From positions 3,038,001 to 3,102,000 of the forward strand of contig OZ024740.1 of NCBI GenBank assembly GCA_964016885.1: a DNA stretch of 64,000 nucleotides, written 5' to 3'. The stretch is from Eledone cirrhosa. Its lineage: Eukaryota. Below, one piece after another: positions 61,934 to 64,000 of the stretch. Position numbers and translations under genes: made by a program. The notes below the pieces were generated by a model. The model worked only from the letters and a program-made list of their open reading frames with translations. It had not been told where the DNA came from and did no database searches. Each line of letters starts with the position of its first letter. Position 1 is the stretch's first letter.

Positions 61934-64000
61934 AAAATCACCGGGGGTGATGAAATCACCCATGGTTATGTAACCATACATTCACCAGTCCTTTATAAGA
62001 GTGTTTCAATGTCGAACCTAAACAGTTCGAATAACGGTGAAGTGGAGACTGGAATGTCATGTGACAGACTCTCACCCAGCAGGTGCTCCCTGGCTCAGCA
62101 GCAGGGACCTGGCTGTCAACCAAATACTGCTGGTGTTGGAGGAAGAAGAAGGAAAGGGACCAGAACCAACTGGACGAAAGAATTGAATAGAACTGTTATG
62201 CAATGTTACCTGAAGAGTAACCCCAAGGAAAATGGCTATAGGAAACGGATGCATAACATCTGGAACGAGATTGGACTATTTAAATTAGATGAACAAAAAT
62301 CGGCTGGGCAGGCTCGGGTAATAAGAACTAATGGGTGGATAAGCGAGCTGGAAGTGGAGGAACTGAGCAGAGAGATTAGGTTGGAAATGGAGAGTGGAGT
62401 ATGCCAGGCAAACGAGCCAGTGGGAAATAAAGGTGAAGAGGTTGAGAGAACGGAGGAACCATCCGAAGCAGACAATGATCTGAATGCTGAAATAAATAAT
62501 ACCTGGAATAAAGATACGGCCATTGAGGAAATGAATGATTTACGGGCTAGGACAAGATTTGGTTGATATCCTAAACTTAGTGGTAGATGGAATGAACAAT
62601 GATAGTGGGAAACTTATGAACCTAAGATTTGTAGACAGGAAAAAGTTAAAAGAAACAACAGCTAAGGTAAACAAAGTTATCTTGGATAACCAAAAGCCTA
62701 GAGATCTTGAAGGTGGCAGATAACATCAGACAGTTGTTGGGTAAAAGTATGAAGTCCTGGAAAACAGAGTTAACATCAGCTGGAGAATCCTTGGGAGGCG
62801 TGAAGATCAAGAGAGGTATCTTCCAGGGAGATAGTTTGTCCCATCTGTTGTTTGTCCTTGCCCTGATGCCCCTGACCATTATACTGCGAAAAGTGAGAGC
62901 AGGATACAAGTTGGGAAAGGGAGGGCTTACCATCAATCGCCTCCTCTTCATGGACGATCTTAAACTCTTTGGGAAGAGTGAGAAGGAGTTGGATGTACTT
63001 GTTGACACTGTCCGTATTTTCAGCAATGATATATGTATGCAATTTGGTATTAGTAAGTGTGGAGTCCTTGTGATGAAGAGGGGTAAATTGAGCAGAAGCA
63101 ACGGAATCCAGGTACCAACAGGTGAGATGATAAAGGAAATTGACACTGAAGAAGGATACAAGAGGAGTGATGTCGATAGACTCTATTTAAGGAGATCTGA
63201 AGGTGGAAGAGGTCTTATCAGCATAGAGGACTGTGTTCAGATGGAGAAAAACAACCTACACAAATACATGACCGATAGTAAGGAGCCAATGCTCAGAATT
63301 GTACTGAAGGAGAGGACAATAGACCAGGGGATGTCCAAGGAGGAAATAACAACGAGGAGAAAGAGCAACCTTCATGAAAAATCCCTTCATAGTACCTTCT
63401 TTGAGAAAACGGAATTCAGAGATCCACAGACATGGAACTGGTTGAGAAGAGGAGACCTTAAAAAGGCTACAGAAGGAATGCTAATGGCTGCGCAAGAGCA
63501 GGCCCTCAAAATGAAGTGGCTGAAACACCATATTTACAAGGAGCAGGTTAGCCCACTGTGCAGGATCTGTGGAGAGAGAGAGGAGACTGTGGCTCACATT
63601 GTGTTGTCCGAGTGTAAACACCTAGCCCAAACTCACTATAAAGGCTGGAGACATGATGTGATGGGCAGAGTGATCCACTGGCACCTATGCAAAGTAAACA
63701 ATTTACCACATTCTGAGAAGTGGTATGAGCATAAGCCAGAGTCGGTGATAGAAAACGATCAGGTGAAGGTGCTATGGGATTTTAGGATACAGACGGACAA
63801 GAAACTGGAACACAGTAGACCTGACCTGGTGGTTTTGGACAAGGAAAAAAAGATTGTGCCTGATTGTGGATGTGACCTGCCCATTTGACACGAGAGTGCA
63901 AGAGAATGAGAGAGAGAAAATTAATCAATTCCAGGACTTAAAGTGGGAGGTAAAAAGGATTTGGAACTGCCATAAAGTCAAAGTGGTCCCGATTGTCATA
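61934..64000 (+). mobile_element. R4/Dong-like non-LTR retrotransposon with restriction-like endonuclease, internally deleted pseudogene, open at the right window edge
   Basis: N-terminal WTKELNRTVMQCY..GYRKRMHNIW; RT RGIFQGDSLS, LLFMDDLKLF; RLYLRRSEGGRGL; CCHC CRIC..ETVAHIVLSEC; RHD; RPDLVVLDK..DVTCPFD. Stop at 62566 and frameshifts. Confidence 0.9.

Overview
Eukaryotic, repeat-dominated DNA, most likely a cephalopod (Octopus-like; inferred from the SINE/LINE types, not proven). The window appears to lie inside a host gene on the minus strand. Two short spliced exons (47634-47701, 32631-32709), both missed by the ORF track, join in frame into the cAMP-binding pocket of an Epac/RAPGEF4-type protein. 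The introns hold: (i) two large arrays (~20 kb, ~9.5 kb) of a 44/45-bp satellite whose monomer is the A-box head of a tRNA-derived SINE; one array grows directly out of a SINE body and a solo copy sits at ~61 kb; (ii) an 11.6-kb (TA)n-linked minisatellite invaded by a Helitron with intact ends and several RTE LINEs; (iii) a 4.3-kb pentamer satellite; (iv) many RTE fragments whose reverse transcriptase carries an internal C4HC3 PHD-type finger and whose 3'UTRs share modules with a SINE; (v) a CR1-like fragment and an R4/Dong-like RLE retrotransposon; (vi) candidate hammerhead and HDV-like ribozymes. Nearly all listed ORFs in 1-20 kb, 21-37 kb and 38-47.5 kb are repeat artefacts.
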